DNA from: an uncultured cyanobacterium
Lineage (GTDB): Bacteria; Cyanobacteriota; Cyanobacteriia; Pseudanabaenales; Pseudanabaenaceae
Assembly (NCBI GenBank): GCA_963703315.1
Contig: OY969811.1
Coordinates: 2,400,001-2,464,000, forward strand
Direction of reading: 5' to 3'
DNA: 64,000 nucleotides
Position numbers and translations under genes: made by a program. A model generated the notes under the pieces. It had not been told where the DNA came from. It did no database searches and was given only the letters and a program-made list of their open reading frames with translations. Below are positions 60,951-64,000 of this stretch, one piece after another (positions within the stretch are counted from its first letter, which is position 1; each line of letters opens with the position of its first letter).

Positions 60951-63536
60951 TAGCTTCGTCATAATCGGCAATCGCTTCCTCAAATTTTTTTAAATTACTC
61001 TTTACATTTCCTCGATTAGACCAAGCTTCAGAAAAGTCTGATTTTAACTTAATAGCTTCGTCATAATCATCGATTGCTTCTTCATGTTTGTTTAAATTAG
61101 CCTTTGCTAGACCTCGATTACTCCAAGTCTCAGGAAGGTTTGGCTGTAGCTTAATAGCTACATCGTAATTTGAGATCGCTTCTTCATACTTTTCCAAATT
61201 ATTTTTTGCAATTCCTCGATTATTCCAAGCATCAATAAGATTCGATTTTAGCTTAATAGCTTCATTGTAATCTATAATAGCTTCTTCATATTTCTCTAAG
61301 TTGGCTTTTGCAACCCCTCGATTGTTCCAAACTTCAGAAATATCTGGTTTTAGATTAATGGATTCGTTAAAACTAATACTTGCTTCTTCATATCTATGTA
61401 AACTCAAGTAAATAAGACCAACAAAATAAAATATGTGGCTGCTATATTCAGGTTTAATTTTGTTTTTAAGGAATTTAGATTGAATTTCTAAGTGCTTTAC
61501 TATTTCGATTTTTTGGAACTCATTACAACGAGATAATTTGCCAGCTAATCCCATATACTTGGATAATCCGTCAGGCAAGAAGTCTACATATTGCAAAAAC
61601 ATTTTTATAATATCTTCTATTTTCTCCACATCTCCTCGTGTTAACTGAGTCTCATCGACTTTGATCCCAGAAACAGGCTGTGAAATTATCATGAACCAGA
61701 CAACAGAGAAATATGGAGATATACTTTCTATGTTTTCTAAAAATTTTCGATTCTCATGGCTCAATAAATGATTGTTCGCTACTTCTGCTTCTGCGATAAT
61801 CGCAGCAACAGGAGCGAGCGCAACCTCAGTTTGATTGAAATATCGAGAGCTTAAGAAATGGTGGAGAAAACAAAGCTTTCCATCTTCTCCACGCAAACTA
61901 AAAAATGCGTGATAAATTGCTTCAGAAGTATATCTAATCCAATCAAAGTTTCCATATTTTTCTGATTCACAACTATTTAGCGGAACTTCTTGATTCGCTT
62001 CACCCTCAAAATGCTCTCTCAAAAGATAATGGATTGCTCGGAATTTACTACGGTCATCACTATATAAGGATTTTCTAATAGCATCTCGTGCTACATCTTT
62101 TAGACAATATTTGCCATCACTGTCTCTAATATATTCAACTGCATTAAACCGCTTCAGCCAGTCAAAGCAATCAAAAATCGGATCAACATCTGCTTTAAAG
62201 TCTAGATCTTGATAAGTAACCAATTTTTTTATCAACGATTTATCAAACCAACGACAACAAGCCGCTAGCTCAATTAGACGCTTTTGATTATCAGTTAGTC
62301 TCTTGAGTAATCGCTCAAAAATTTCTTCAGTGTAGTTAATCGATTCACCATCTTGATTATCTTGTCTAACTAGATCTAAGTGAAATGGGAATCCTTTAGT
62401 TGTATTGTGAAGACTGTTAATGATTCTTCTGTCAGAAATTCCGATAGATTCTAAGTATTTTGTTGTTTCCTCTTTCTTGAATAGTTCTAATTGAGCCTGT
62501 TGAACTAACTTTGTTCTTGATATTAATTCTTTCCAATTATCATTTTTAGATATATTGTCTTGACCAGCTATAACCAAGCGAATTTTGCTGGCTTTCAAAG
62601 CTTTATTTGTCAAAAATAATTGCCGTAGCCAAATGTCAATATCTGCCGAAGCTTTCTCATATGTATCTAAAATCAGTATAATAGGAGTATGTTTAGCTTT
62701 ACACACTATGCTTTCAACAAATGCCTGAGTTATTTTAGGCAAAGGATCTATTATCAATTCTCGTAATTTTTGTTCCGCTTTTGTTGCCTGATGTTTGAGT
62801 AAAAGATCTTTAAGGGATAAAGCACTAACAGCCCCATCTATGGCAAAATCCACAGTCTGATCAACATTTGTTTTTGTAGAAGTTGCAAACAAAGCCAAGG
62901 GGTTTCCTAAACCGCCTAAAAGGGCTTGACCTGCCAAAAAAGTATTGGCTCCAAGCTTGCTTAGTTTCTTAAATAGATCAATCTGCTCTTTTGTGACTAC
63001 ACCATTAGTCTCAACAGGCTGTGTACCTAGAGCATTAAGAGTTTTCTTGTAATTTTCACAAATTTTTTCAAACGGATCGCTCTGTCGTATTTTTGATATA
63101 TCTTTCTCGAAAAGCCCAAGCTGTGGAATCTCCTTGTAGAGCTTTTCCATAACACTCAAGGGATTTTCATCAACAGAGTTGAAATCAAATCTATCGAAAG
63201 AGATTTTAGCAAAACAAATTTTCTCTTTGTCTGTGCCATAAAGTTCTTCTTCAAGTTTGTCTAGCAACGTGGACTTACCGACACCACCAATCCCCCAAAC
63301 ATAAAACATAACAGGAGATGACTCTGGCTGAGCGATCGCCTTTTTGACATTATTTATTAAACTTTCTTCTTGCGGACGGACAATGTGTGGCTTTTGATTA
63401 GTCATCTAAGAAATTGCGGCTAAGTCACAAACTATTTTTGAAATTCTTGTATAAGTAATTCTAACCTGATTTTTATATGTTTGCTATGCATTAGCCTCTT
63501 ATACACAGCAAACATTAGTAATTATGGAAAGAACAT

Positions 63537-64000
63537 TTATGTTTGCGATTCGATCGCACCTTCGGCATCATTAGCGATCGCCTTTAAGCGATCCAACATA
63601 TCCGCAGTCACATCTTGCCACATCCCACGCTGATTCGCTTCTAGCAAGCGTTCCGACATATCTCGCAAAGCCCAAGGATTGCTAGATTTAATAAAATTCT
63701 GGACTTCAGGATTAAAGATATATGCCTCCGCAACCCCCTCATACATAAAGTCGGAAACGCAGTTAGTCGTAGCATCATAGGCAAATAGATAATCGAGCGT
63801 TGCCGACATCTCGAAAGCCCCTTTGTAACCGTGACGCATTGCCCCTGATATCCATTTGGGGTTAACGACACGTGATCGATAAACCCGCGCAATCTCTTCA
63901 CTCAATTTGCGAACCTTTGGCTGCGCCATGCGGGAATTATCGCCGAAGTACACTTCTGGCGCATTACCAGCTATGGATTTGACAGCCGTTGTCATCCCAC
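63537..64000 (-). CDS. cobN: Cobaltochelatase CobN, C-terminal part (5' portion outside the window)
   Basis: RSRVVNPKWI..MRHGYKGAFE; FAYDATT; NPWALRDMSERLLEA.QRG.W. Confidence 0.92.
   Translation of the reverse strand, partial: GMTTAVKSIAGNAPEVYFGDNSRMAQPKVRKLSEEIARVYRSRVVNPKWISGAMRHGYKGAFEMSATLDYLFAYDATTNCVSDFMYEGVAEAYIFNPEVQNFIKSSNPWALRDMSERLLEANQRGMWQDVTADMLDRLKAIANDAEGAIESQT

Larger units (their letters stand above)
59061..63405 (-). pseudogene. STAND/AAA-like NTPase plus TPR array gene, interrupted by an IS (1089 aa when reconstructed)
   Basis: Walker A GIGGVGKS, Walker B ILILDTYE, many 34 aa TPRs (AWNNRG.AK.NL..YEEAI..Y..AI.L); removing the IS and one TSD copy joins DYDEA|IRLKSN in frame. 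Confidence 0.88.

Noticed and set aside
2592..63901. Many short antisense or overlapping ORFs in the track (e.g. 2592, 7809, 15135, 33204, 34698, 55502, 63641)
   Set aside because: They are shadow frames of well-supported genes and carry no recognisable motifs.

Overview
A 64 kb stretch of a cyanobacterial chromosome. Dense HIP1 (GCGATCGC) sites, gvp and cpc genes and gene content point to a Pseudanabaena-like organism; that assignment is inference. Most of the window is housekeeping genes: pdxJ, ybeY, gvpA-C-N-J, nusB, pfkA, miaB, mazG, murQ, potA/D, upp, trpD, cpcBAEF, glyQ, the cobN 3' end, tRNA-Lys(UUU) and tRNA-Leu(GAG). The intergenic spaces are packed with several families of ~100-120 bp palindromic MITE/REP-like elements. 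Highlight 1: a complete IS110-family (IS621-like) element at 26203-27466 inserted at a CT core inside a GTAG-REP. Its upstream non-coding end holds a readable bridge RNA, with loops matching both the reconstructed insertion site (TCTGCCC-CT-AC) and the circle junction (ACAGTAT-CT-TGT). Highlight 2: a ~4.6 kb AT-rich island flanked by a 41 bp direct repeat of the cobN 3' end. It carries a STAND-like ATPase-TPR gene (1089 aa when reconstructed) split by an IS1-family element with an 8 bp target duplication. Highlight 3: a PssE-PssD-STAS-priming glycosyltransferase fusion, a GvpC with an extra C-terminal domain, a degenerate multi-GAF kinase, and an unlisted 58 aa signal-peptide protein. All family assignments are by motif recognition; no database searches were run.
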